From Dendrobates tinctorius (taxonomy: Eukaryota), in assembly GCF_039654945.1 (NCBI RefSeq), contig NW_027361675.1, positions 34,844,001-34,908,000 on the forward strand: a stretch of DNA of 64,000 nt, in the 5' to 3' direction. Numbering within the stretch: the stretch's first letter is position 1; each line of letters opens with the position of its first letter. The translations under genes and the position numbers were made by a program. This document shows, piece after piece, positions 13,958 through 26,060 of this stretch. The notes under the pieces were generated by a model. That model was not told where the DNA came from and did not search any database. It saw only the letters and a program-made list of their open reading frames with translations.

Positions 13958-15477
13958 TAAATATATATACATGTTTGTCACAATGACATGTATGTAAATA
14001 TATATGTATTCTATGTGTCTATATCGATTCTTTCTTTCTTTATTAAACCTGTCAGTGTGAGTTTACTGTATCGCGCACTGAATTGCCGGCTTTTCTAAAA
14101 GACACCGGGTGCGTATTTCTCGCAAGTCACATGTGTTGTCCGTGTGTAATCCGTATTTTTTGCGCACCCATAGACTTGCATTGGCGTATTACGGGCGTAG
14201 TACGATGACAATCGCAGCATGCTGCGATTGGCACGGACCGTAGAATATGCCCAAGAAATATATGGCTGTTGGGAGCTGCCCCATAGAGAATCATTTGTTC
14301 GTGTGTAATGCGTGCTTTTAGCGCCTCTCACTCGTCCGTATTCCTCTCTAGTGTGACCCCGACCTTAGACTTGTAATCGCAAGGTCATTCTACTAATTCA
14401 TCTCTCCACACTCTCCTTTTTCTTAGGATCCAGCTAATCAGAACTGGTTAAACATCTAGTTCAGCCACTTTATTTTACTAACTTACTTATCAGTCAAATC
14501 AAAACTTATAAGTTCTGTTGAAACAGCAAGTTTAGGAAGTGAAAAGAGGTTAAATTACACACACACTAAATGAATGGAGTAAAGTAAAATAAATGAAATA
14601 TAACATGGCTCTGAGTAGACTATGTGCCAGCTTAGTTATACACTAATGTCAATTGGGACTAGGGATTTTATCATTCAAGGCTATATTCGCATGTAGCATT
14701 TTTGCTGCATTTTTTTCCACAGTTAAAACCTGCTATCTTGGCAGTAAAGAAGCTGCTTACAAAATGCAGCTTTTGCTACATTTTTGCTGTCTCTTGTGCA
14801 TGTTGATAAAGTTTAGTGGCCCCCAAAAAAGTATGATTTAACTTCCTTAGGTTTCTGCACCAAAAACTGATACCTGTGTTTTTTTGTTGCATTTTTGCAG
14901 TTACCCATTGTTTCCTATGTCAGAAAAAACACAGAAAAAGTGACATGCTGCAGTTTTAAAATACAGTTTTCCAAATCAGTCAGAAAATAAAACCAATATG
15001 TGTGCATGAAATTTCTGAAATCTCATAGACTTTGCTGGTACTGTAAAACACAGCTTAAAATTTGCATAAAAAACAACATGCTGCAAAAAAACGCAAAGTG
15101 TGAATATATTAAAATAGAAGGACGTGTTTGTCAAAATTAATAAAATGTGTTGGTGAAATAAAGTACAAAAAAGACACACTGCCTCGACAAATGGATGGCA
15201 GACCACCCGAGTAAAATGAAAAAGCAAAAACTGGATATGGGGGAGAAAATATAAGCAGGTATAATAAAATTAATGAAATAAAAATATATACAATAAAATC
15301 GTAAAAAAGATTTTATTAGGTAATGGCACAAGTATCAATAACAAAATAATCAATGAGTGTGCATAATATAATACTTTAAAGGGCACATATACCGCTAATA
15401 TATAACTAAAAATGCCACCAATCCTGTACATTCTATATAAAATGATGTCCAATATAGAATATGCAAATATATATATA

Positions 15478-15644
15478 CTAGATGGTGGCCCGATTATAAC
15501 GAGTCGGGTATTCTAGAATCTCTCTCTCCTGACGAGGCGTGCGTCGTTCGAATGCGCTGATTGGTCACGGCCGGCCGCGACCAATCAGCGCTGCGGAATT
15601 TCAGTTACAAACAGACAGACATAATTAGACGATTATATAGTAGA
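15478..15644 (-). mobile_element. Mini non-autonomous Helitron (167 bp)
   Basis: Minus strand 5'-TCTACTATATAAT...hairpin CCCGA...TCGGG...CTAG-3', inserted at A|T; absent from the opposite arm of the fold-back. Confidence 0.8.
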
Positions 15645-15930
15645 TATGGTGGCATCAAATTCATGTTATAATTAAGGAGGCATGATATATTACAGGCATA
15701 AAATGACCAGTGACAAAAGGATAAAATAATAAAATCAGCAATTGGAACAAATTTACCAACACAGTGCCAAGTAAAACAAAGTGCAATTGTGCAAGGTGCT
15801 AAGGATCCAAGGCAAAAACCACAGACTGGACCAAAAAAACGTTCTGTAATAGGGCATAAATACCTGGGTGCCAAATAAATGAAGCGGTGTGCCACAAAAA
15901 CGCGCCCCAATACGTGTTTCAGTGATGTTA

Positions 15931-15970
15931 CCTGACGAAGGTAACACATCACCGAAACGCGCATCGGGGC
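15931..15970 (+). ncRNA. Minimal type I hammerhead ribozyme-like motif (probably decayed)
   Basis: CUGACGA-A-GGU(loop)ACC-GAAA-CGCGC-AUC-GGGG; stem I is truncated by the inversion. Confidence 0.55.
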
Positions 15971-18099
15971 GCGTTCTTGCAGCACACTGCTTCATTTATT
16001 TGGCACCCAGGTATTTATGCCCTATTACAGCACGGTTTTTTTTTTAGATCCAGTCTGTGGTTTTTGCCTTGGATCCTTAGCACCTTGCACCATTGCACTT
16101 TGTTTTACTTGGCACTGTGCTGGTTAATTTGTTCCAAATGCTGATTTTATTATTTTATCCTTTTGTCACTGGTCATTTTATGCCCAGAAATATATCATGC
16201 CTCCTTAATTATAGCATGAATTTGATTCCACCATATATATTTTTGCATACTCTATATTGGACATCATTTTATATAGTATGTACAGGATTGGTGGCATTTT
16301 TAGTTATATATTAGCGATATATGTGCCCTTTTAATTATTATATTATGCACACTCATTGATTATTTTGTTGTTATTGATACTTGTGCCATTACCTAATAAA
16401 GGCTTTTTTACAATTTTATCATATATATTTTTATCTAATTAATTTTATTATACATGCTTATATTTTCTCCCCCATATCCAGTTTTTGCTTTTTCAACATG
16501 TGAATATAGCCGGAGTATTGTTTTTTTTTAAAAACTGACTGGCCACAGATCTACAGACCGGAGCCTGAATCCTTCATATATGCCTATTGAGTACTGTCAG
16601 GAGACCAGCGGCCAGTCCGGACATTGCGGTTAGTACTATCACCATATACCCCGTTTGCATGCGTTCGCTTGCGGATGCGTACTCATGCGTCATTTCGCGG
16701 TGCGCGGCGAACGCAACATGTTGCATTTTTTGAGACATCAAATATGCAAAGCCATATGCATGCGGATGAAGTGCATCAAAACAACGCATTACTGTCTATG
16801 GGAATGCACTGGTACGCAAGGACATGCATACGCATGTGTTCGATATGCATGTGTACTTCAGAATGAGCAGGTCCAAGAACTGGTTTCAGCCACCCCCAAA
16901 ACAAAGCTGTATAAAAAGAGGGTGTGGACACTGGAAGTCCAGTACTCTCAAGCCTCTGGATGCTATTACAAGCCAGTGGATCTGCTGTGAAGACTCTGGA
17001 TTTCACTCTGGATGTGAGTATAGAAGCTATGAAAATGTCTCTCTCTCACTGCAGCACGCCAGCCTCAAGCCACAACCATGCCGAGTCCTGCAGCAAGCCA
17101 GCCTCAAGCCACCACCACGCCGAGTCCAGCAGCACGCGAGCCTGAAGCCACCACTCCCACAAACCCAAGGAAAAAAGCAGGAAACAGATGCCCAGTACCA
17201 GCTCTGCTCAGCACCACCAGAAGATGAAGACTAGGAGAAGCAAACGTCGCCCCAAAACTGTCCAACCAACTCCACCCTCACCTACCAATGTGTCGGTTTT
17301 CCAATTTGTCTCTCCCTTCCAATGTGACTCTCCATTCCCACAGTTCCACTCCTAATGTGTCTACTCCCATCCATGACCACCCAGACCCCATGCATTTTAT
17401 AGGCCCTTCCCCTGGAACCCCTTCATCATCCACTCATGGTAGCCACACCCCCCACGTCCACAATATCTCATCCTCTGACATACCCCAAAGCTAATTACTG
17501 ATTAATCTGCTTTTGTTTGCACAATCACTGTATTTTCATAGTCTCTTTATGAGCCACAAACACACGTGTGTATATTATTGATGTTTCTTGTAATGAGTGT
17601 TTCACTAGAGGTGTTTTATCATTAAAGCCAGCAAACGTTAGAGGTACATAACAATACAGGTTGTAGGGATTGTACTCGCTCAGGTGCAATGGGTGGCAAT
17701 CAGGAGGCATGTTCCTCCTGATTGCTCCACAAACAAAAGAGAACAAAAGAAATCAGTCCTGGAGCTTCAACACACACAGGAGGCTTCCTCCTCCCCACAT
17801 ACAGCCCTGTGTTAAGCAGTAGTCTACATTATATGAGTATAGCCACACCCACAAACCCACCACCTGACTAGTCACGTGACTGTGACATCACCACAGGTCC
17901 TTGAACACATATAGAAGTACGGTGACGTCCCTTATTGCTTATGTGCACTAAAGACAACACTCCGGGCTACATCACAGTGACAAGCCATCTCTGAGACACA
18001 TACTTCCCATCGACTATACGACCCTTAGCCACGCCACATACCTCCCCAGTCTGGCTAAAGCCGTGGGGCTTGGCACTTTCCCCCCACTAGACAAAGGAT

Positions 18100-19361
18100 T
18101 CTTGAGAGGGTATCAGCATTACCATGTAGCTTCCCTGCCCTATGTTCTACATAGAAGCTGAAGTCTTGCAGGCCTAAGAACCAGCGGGTGACCCTAACAT
18201 TTTTACCCTTTGTTTCTCTCATCCAAGTGGGGCATGTTCGGATATCAACCTAAACTTACGTCCCACCAGATAGTACTGCAACGTATTCACTGCCCACTTT
18301 ATGGCCAAACACTCCTTCTCTACGACAGAGTAATTCCTTTCACATGAAGATAGCGTCCTACTCAGGTAGAGAACAGGATGCTCCTCCCCATGTATATCCT
18401 GGGAAAGGACTGCTCCTACCCTGACATCTGAGGCATCTGTCTGAAGAATGAACTCTTTCTTAAAGTCTGGGGCCATCAGAACGGGTTGCTTACATAAAGT
18501 CCCTTTCATGCCTTGGAAGGCTGACTCTGCCTCTTCGGACCATCTGACCATTACTGATTTTATCCCTTTAAAAAGATCAGTTAGAGGTGCAACCACCATG
18601 GCAAAGTTTGGGATGAACTTCATGTAATATCCCACGATCCCCAGGAAGGCTCTAACTTACTTTTTGGACAAAGGCCTCGGCCATGTTTGAATTTTCTCCA
18701 CTTTACTGATTTGGGGTTTAATCTTGCCTCACCCCACTACATATCCCAGGTACTTGGCTTCTTTTTTACCCAAGGCACACTTCTTTGGGTTTATTGTAAA
18801 CCCCACCTCCCTTAGAGCATCAAACACTGCTTGGAACTTTTCCAAGTGACTCTCCCAGTCTGGGCTAAAGATGACGATATCATCCAGGTATGCAGCAGCG
18901 TATAGCTTATGAGGTGCAAGGATTCTATCCATAGCCCTCTGGAAGGTCACTGAAGCTCCCTGCAGGCCAAATGGCATTCAGACATACTGGAAGCATCCGT
19001 CTGGTGTAGAAAATGCAGTCTTCTCCTTGGCTTCCTGTGCCATGGGGATCTGCCAATATCCCTTTGTCAAATCCAAGGTGGTTATGTACCTGGCGGGTCC
19101 AAGTCTTTCGATGAGCTCATCAACGCGTGGAATGGGATATGCGTCGAACTTGGAGACCTCATTCAGCTTCCAATAATCATTGCAGAATCTCCATTCACCA
19201 CCAGATTTTGGGACCAGGACAATCGGTCTCGAACAACCGCTCTTGGATTCCTCAATGACCCCGAGCTTCAACATATGCTGCACCACCTTGGAGGTTATTT
19301 CTCGACGGGTCTCAGCAATTCGATAAGGCTTCACGTTCACCCGCAGATGTGGCTCGGTCAA
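18100..19361 (-). pseudogene. Reverse transcriptase and RNase H
   Basis: WRFCNDY, LDLTKGYWQ, MPFGL, YLDD; RNase H TDAS and YSVVEKECLA; several stops. Confidence 0.92.
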
Positions 19362-19508
19362 CGACCTTCGTGCACCCCGGCAACTCTGAAAACAGGTCCC
19401 TGTTCCTCTGGAGAAACTCCCAGCACTGCTGTTTGTAGGCCTTCGATAGTGTCTCCGCTATAGTAACCGCTCCAACCTCACCTTCTGGGTTGCCCAGCAA
19501 GCACGGAG

Positions 19509-20730
19509 TTACCGCTGGCTCTCTATCTTGCCATGGCTTGATGAGGTTGACATGTAAACCTGGTTTGATTTCCGTCTTCCTGGTTGGTGAATTTTATAAC
19601 TTACCTCACCAAGCTTCATCACCTCATACGGCCATTGCCATTTGGCCAAGAACTTGCTCTCCACCGTTGGAATTAGCATGAGAGCTCTGTCTCCTGAATT
19701 GAACTGCCTCACTCTTGCTGACCGGTTGTAGACCCTGGCCTGAGCCTCTTGTGCTTGGAGGTGTTCTTTCATGATGGGCATCACCTTCACAATCCTCTGC
19801 TGCATCAGTGCCACATATTCAATGATGCTTTTGTGGGGCGTGACTTCAGCTTCCCAGGTTTCCTTGGTTATATCCAGGAGACCTCGCGGAGGCCGGCCAT
19901 ACAAGAGCTCTAAGGGTGAGAACCACGTGGAGGCCTGTGGAATTTCACGGATGAAAAACAGCAGATACGATAAGAGACAGTCACAGTCTCTACCATCTTT
20001 CTCAATGGCTTTTCTTAGCATATTCTTCAGTGTCTTGTTAAATCTCTCAAATAGGCCATCTGACTGAGGATGGTACACTGACGTCCTAAACTGGGAGATT
20101 TGCAGGACTTTGCACAACTCCCTCATCACATTGCTCATAAAATGCGTCCCCTGGTCGGTCAGTATCTCCTTCGGTAAACCTGTCCGGGAAAACACATGGA
20201 CCAACTCGCGGGCTATACTCTTCGCAAAGGAATTTCTCAGGGGAATTGCCTCAGGATAACATGTGGCATAGTCCAGGATGACTAATATATACTGATGGCC
20301 CCGGGCTGATTTAACTAGGGGACCGACCAAGTTCATGGTAATTCTCTCAAATGGTACCTGATTAATGGGCAATGGTACAAGGGGGCTCCGGAAGTGAGAG
20401 GTGGGGGCAGTTAACTGACATGTAGGGCAGGACCTGCAATAGTTTACTATTTCCCGGTGACACCTAGGCTAATAGAACCTCTGCACAACCCGTTCCTGCG
20501 TTTTTTCCACCCCCAGGTGTCCCCACAAGATTTGTGAATGGGCCATGTCCAACACTTTTCGTCTATAGGGGCCTGGCACTATCAACTGCTCTACCAACTC
20601 CTCCCTTATTTTCGTGACCCAGTATAACAACTCCCTATTCATCATAAAATAGGGAAATCTTGTGTCAGCCCCCGGCTCCTGTGCAACCCCATTAATGACA
20701 GTGACATTGTTGAAGGCTTCCCTCAGAGTT
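19509..20730 (-). pseudogene. Integrase, upstream of RT
   Basis: PFERITMNLVGPL, EILTDQGT, YHPQSDGLFERFNKTLK and a GPY/F-like KWQWPY motif. Confidence 0.9.
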
Positions 20731-20835
20731 GGGTCCCTATGTTGGGCAGTTCCAAAATTTCACCGGACACGCTTGAGGCCCCTCGTTTGGTGGAGAGTTC
20801 ACACTGCAGGCTGGATATGCAAACTATGAACTACA

Positions 20836-21740
20836 TCATCTCATGCTGCAGTCCATCTGCTCGGTGGTCTGGGGACAACAGGCAGCTATATGTTCTGACC
20901 CGTGACACCTCCAGCAAATAACATTACCCATGGGGACCTTGGACACCACCTCCCCCGCCCCTTTTGTCCTTGGATGCCCCACCTCTTTTTGGGACTCCTC
21001 CCCCTGCTGGGACCCCCAATACGGAATGGGCTGCCTCCCCAAGGAGCCTTCCATCCCCTGGTATCTCTCGACCAGTCTGACCAGTTCATCGGCATTCTGG
21101 GGATCTGCTTGGGCAACCCAAGTCTGTAGGGGTCTCGGCAGGGAATGCACAAACCGATCCATCACCACTCATTCTACCATCTGCGCAGGCGTAGAAGACT
21201 CTGCCTGCAGCCATTTCTGGACCAGGTGCAACAGGTCGAACATTTGGGAGCGAGGCAGTTTGTCCCGGTGATAGGCCCAGCAGTGAACTCGCTGTGCCCT
21301 GACAGTCATTGTCTCTCCCAAAAGTGTGAGAATCTCAGCTTTTAGTTCAGGATACTCCTTGGCATCTTGCAAAGTCAAGTCATAGTACGCCTTCTGGGGT
21401 TCCCCCGTCAGGTATGGCGCCAGTACCTCCCTCTGCCCATTGCTCTGGCTGAAGTTTTTCCCTCTCAGCCACCCTCTCAAACACTGTCAGGAAGGCCTCA
21501 ACATCATCCTCAGGCGTCATTTTCTGAAATGCACGTCTTAACGCCTTCCTGACGTGAGCATCATCAGCCAGACCTGGGGATGGAGCGCTCGTCCTGCCCT
21601 GGATGGTGGTTGCCAGAAGATGCATCTGCTGCCGTTGCTCCTGCTGGCTCTGTTGTATCTGTTGCAACAACAGCCAGTTGGTCTCTTGCTGCTATGACTG
21701 TGACTGTACCAAGTGTTTCAGCAGGTCCTCCATTTTCCCC
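20836..21740 (-). pseudogene. gag with SCAN-like capsid domain and CCHC zinc knuckle (frameshifted)
   Basis: KMTPEDDVEAFLTVFER; PRSQMFDLLHLVQKWLQAES...DRFVHSLPRPLQTWV...ADELVRLVERY; CWRCHGSEHIAAC. Confidence 0.85.
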
Positions 21741-22029
21741 GGCAATGCTTGCTGGCTTGCTACAGATTTAACCCAGGACATGCAGTAACAGTCTCACGTC
21801 TCTGCTGGGAATGCAGCCCGCACGTCTAGCACCAATTGTAGGGATTGTACTCGCTCAGGTGCAACAGGTGGCAATCAGGAGGCACGTTCCTTTTAAAGTT
21901 CACGGGGTTTATTGCTCTACAAACCCACAAACAAAAGAGAACAAAAGTAATAGCCTTTATCTCAGGCAAAACAAAGTACAAATGTCCAGTACTTTAGGCT
22001 CAGTCCTGGAGCCTCAACACACACAGGAG

Positions 22030-22809
22030 TGTTGTGAATGAGTCACCGGAGGAGGAAAAAACAAAAATACAAGCTAAGTCCAGAAAACCGGAGAGGTTGG
22101 TAGCTAGCGGATTGCAGACCCCTGATCCTATTCACAACAACTAACAGTAGCCGTGGAGCATTCCTACGGTGGTCCTAGACGCCTCTTCACAGCCGGAGAA
22201 CTAAATAAGCCTAAAGAAAGGGAAAATCTAAACTGCCCCAGAGCAGGCCCCAAAGCAATAGACAGCCCCCAACATGTATTGTCGGTGAAAACAGATGAAA
22301 ACACAAACAGACAGAAAGACAGGCAGAGCAAACGATGGGGCCCAAGTAACTAGATAGGAAAGGACAGAAAAGATGCTGGCTGCAATCCGCAAAAACCCTA
22401 CCAAAAATGTCCCAACACGTCTGATAGCACTCCGATATATTCTGAAGACAGAGCAAAAGAGATTTAACCGATTAGGGACAAAAATGGAAATTCAGCAGAG
22501 CCCCAGCCGGGGCTGGCAGAACACAAAACTAAGCAAATCAGACAAAATCTCATGGAACAATAACAGAGCAAAACTTAGCTTTAGAAGACAGGAACTGAAC
22601 TGGAGGCCAGAGCTCAGAGCAGAGAAATCACCAGCAACCCTACAGGGCGTCGGCTGCCTTATATCCACTCAGAGATTCCGGATGTCCAATCGCAATCCAC
22701 CTGTTCAGGTGACAGGTTTCTCCCATCCAAATCAGTTTCACCACCTCCTTTCACCAGCAGAGGGAGTTCATCGGACATTAAAGGTGAACGAGAAAATGAG
22801 CTCACAACA
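22030..22809. mobile_element. Solo LTR nested in the Gypsy 5' LTR
   Basis: TGTTGTGA...TCACAACA termini; 6-bp TSD CAGGAG; absent from the sister LTR. Confidence 0.85.
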
Positions 22810-23102
22810 CAGGAGGCTTCCTCCTCCCCACATACAGCCCTGTGTTAAGCAGTAGTCTACATTATATGGGTATATCTACAACCACGAACCCACCACTTGA
22901 TAAGTCACGACTGTGACATCACCACAGGTCCTTAAACACATATAGAAGTACGGTGACATCTCTTAGTGCTTACGTGCACTAAAGAGAACACTCCGGGCTA
23001 CATCACAGAAACAAGCCATCTCTGAGACACATACCTCCCATCGACCATATGACCCTTAGCCATGCCACAAGGTACATAACATTACAGGTACATTTTAGCA
23101 GC

Positions 23103-23285
23103 TTAAACCATTTTGTCTTGCCATGACACACATCCAATATCCGAAACAAAGTAGGCAGCAAATGTATTCCTCATTTGGGCAACTTCCACTGTAGTCCTAA
23201 GAGGGTGATCTTGGTAATCTTGCAATGTGGTATTAACAGGTTCACCAAATTCTAAGTTGGGTTGCTCTTTTGCCAGATTATGATA
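23103..23285 (-). pseudogene. C-terminal fragment of a Harbinger (HARBI1/ALP1-like) transposase
   Basis: HN...MRNTFAAYFVSDIGCVSWQ resembles the characteristic C-terminus of this family. Confidence 0.65.
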
Positions 23286-23621
23286 GAAGCTCTCCATGTC
23301 AAGATCCATCTTGCAGCTGGATACAGAAGCAAAAGTTGAGGATTTAATCTGTACAAGGGTCTATATACAACATTTCCATGAGACACACCCATTGGACATG
23401 GCTTGTGTCAAGGAAATTCTCCGGGAAAAGCATTATCCTATCGAATGCATGCACATAAATAACACAAATGCATGCCAAAACGCATGCAAATGCAGCGTTT
23501 TTTTGGGTCATGCGTAAGCTGATATGAATAAAAAAGGCTGCATTAGCATGCTTTTTGGCATGCAACTTGCACATGCAGATGATACGCTGCGCACATATAT
23601 GCAAATGTGAACTTAACCTTA

Positions 23622-23988
23622 AGGCCCCTTTACATTTAGCGATGCACCAGCGATCCCGACCACGATACGACCCGGTCAGGATCGCTGGTGCATCGCTAAA
23701 TGGTCGCTAGTGAGCTGCCACACAGGCAGATCTCAAAAGCGATGTAGCGATGCTTGGCGGTCGTACTTACCTTTCAGATGAAGCGATGACCGCCGTCTTC
23801 CGCCCGCAGGAAGCCGACGACGAGAAATGGATGTGGACGATCTCGTGTGATCAGCGATAGCCAGTGGGAGAGCCGGTCGGAGGTAAGTATCACATGTAGC
23901 GATATCGCTAGCGATATCGCTGCTGCGTCACAAAATCGGTGATGCTTTAGCGATATCGCTAGCGATATCGCTATGTGTAAAGCCCCCT
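23622..23988. mobile_element. Harbinger-type MITE (family A-related)
   Basis: TTA at 23619-21 and 23989-91; same internal layout as the 3361, 43578 and 53073 copies. Confidence 0.85.
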
Positions 23989-24887
23989 TTAGACAGCTGT
24001 CGGCCTAATGATCCCACAGCTACAGTATCTCCACCTAATCCATGATCGGGAACTCTCGACTCAAATAAGACCTATTTGGTAGCAGCTTAAAACCAAGAAA
24101 ACAAAAGGATTGAATGTTTCAAATCAAATGAGCTGGAACCTTCTCTTCCCAGGCAGATGATGTCAGGGAATTGTCAGGATGCCCTATACACATTAGGCTG
24201 CTGCCTGATGTGTATGAGGCTTTAAGTTTGTGTATCTATTATTAATGCATGCATGTATGAATTAAGTGTTTGTTCATAAGTACACTTTGGTCAATAGTAT
24301 GTAGATACCTGCCCATCACACCTATACAAGCTTGTTGGATATCTCAATCTTAGGGAATAAAACAGATTTGGAATCTCATCTGCAACATAGCATACAGAAA
24401 ACTTCCTACACCCTTCCCATAAGGCTTTCTACATCATTTTAAAGCGTATCTGTTCGAATATGTGCCCATTCAACCAGAGAAAAACATTTGTGTGATCACG
24501 CACTGATAGTTGGACGAGAGTGTCTGACTCGTAATTTGCATTGTGATACATCCTCGGTATTTAATGGGATTAAACAAGTTGGGCCTTGAACAATATTTAT
24601 TGCAACCCACTGTGAGTGCTAAATGTATGATTGCTACAGATGATGAGTAAAGAGATCTGTGTTCCCCATTTGAATTGATTGGTAGTCATGCATATAATCT
24701 ACCATTCCTTTTATTGCCTGTGGGACAGACCAAAAAAACACCCAGCTATCTCCAACAGTCCCATAGAATGAACCATTCATTTGTCGTACAAAGTTTCTTG
24801 CTTTTGTCTTATTCAGGATCAATACTGCATTACAACAAACTAGACTGGTTGGATGTATGGCTTTTTTTTCAAGTTTTCTAACTATTA

Positions 24888-25612
24888 TTGGGGTTGTTCA
24901 CTTCTAGAGCAACTCCTTCTCAATCTGAATGTTTGCCCCTGTTAAAATAATTGAAGAGAGCAATGATGGGGATTTGCCCACCAATAAAAATATTTGTATG
25001 GATCTCACCAAAGAGAATGTGATATATAGCAAAAAGTGAGAATTAAAATATAACTTTTAATATAGCCATTAAAATGTATCAACAATAAAGTGCCACCTCT
25101 AAAGTGAAAAAGGAAGGGGGTTTGCTCCTGGTCGGAGTTAATTAATTGAATATCAAATGAAGGCAAACACCTCCCCCAGGATAGAAAAGAGTCTTCCTGC
25201 AGTAGCCAAGGCAGAATCTATGGAAATACAAAATTTACTATCACGAGGCATAAAAGCTTGTACTCCAGTGAATTGTGCCTAATCACAAAAAACATGGCTG
25301 TTAAAATAAAAAGTATACTCACCTCATGTGCCGACGCTGTTCCAGTGGTGTCGACACTCGCTCTTATGAAGCTCACGCGAGGTTGTTGAGTCATGTGAGC
25401 CCTGCACCCAATCAGTGCTGGAAGCAAATACAGTGAAGCCAGCATTGATTGGCCGCAGGCCTCCTGTGACGTAACAAAGTCACGTTAGCCACGGGCATGC
25501 GAGATCCGACATAGCTGGAACGGCACTGGAGGTGAGTATAGGTATTTTTATTTTAATGAGGCCAAACATGCAGATTCGGAAGGGATTATCCTAGTGGTGG
25601 ACAAACCCATTA
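24888..25612. mobile_element. Old T2-like MITE with an AT-rich insertion
   Basis: GGGGTTGTTCACT ... GGTGGACAAACCCATTAA ends; palindromic core 25300-25560. Confidence 0.55.
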
Positions 25613-25745
25613 ATATTATATTAACATGACATTCATTTATAATATACAAAAAAATAATAGAAATTGGAAAATAATAAACAACAATTTAGCAACTGTAAAA
25701 ATAAAACAAATTTCCATAGATTATTTTGTCTTCACAGTAAAGCTA

Positions 25746-26060
<315 letters not shown>

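Larger units (their letters stand above)
11399..14364. mobile_element. Harbinger-type non-autonomous element with an internal ~600-bp palindrome, interrupted by Tc1
   Basis: TIR GGCCGGGGTCACACTA / TAGTGTGACCCCGACC; TTA at 11396-98 and 14365-67; fold-back ~11720-12312. Confidence 0.85.
15109..16498. mobile_element. Penelope-like fold-back insertion (inverted pseudo-LTR pair)
   Basis: Arms ~15218-15930 and ~15940-16494 are reverse complements; hammerhead-like motif at the axis; 10-bp direct repeat TGTGAATATA at 15099-108 and 16499-508. Confidence 0.7.
14679..16511. mobile_element. Harbinger-type MITE interrupted near its right TIR
   Basis: GGCTATATTCGCATG ... CATGTGAATATAGCC termini; TGCA/AAAA-rich interior. 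Confidence 0.65.
17662..23069 (-). mobile_element. Gmr1-like Ty3/Gypsy LTR retrotransposon, degenerate
   Basis: TG...CA LTRs at 17662-18038 and 21837-23069; 4-bp TSD AGGT at 17658-61 and 23070-73; PBS (TGGTGCTAG...) next to the 5' LTR; PPT (GGGGAGGTA) next to the 3' LTR. Confidence 0.95.
16628..23618. mobile_element. Internally deleted Harbinger element hosting a Gypsy insertion (left end approximate)
   Basis: GCATGC-rich subtermini at both ends; right end TGTGAACTTAACC-TTA; transposase C-terminus on minus converging with a Ser/Pro-rich remnant on plus (16824-17494). Confidence 0.6.

Noticed and set aside
20836-21480. Host SCAN zinc-finger gene
   Set aside because: It lies between LTRs, is followed by a CCHC knuckle and integrase, has no C2H2 fingers, and is disrupted.
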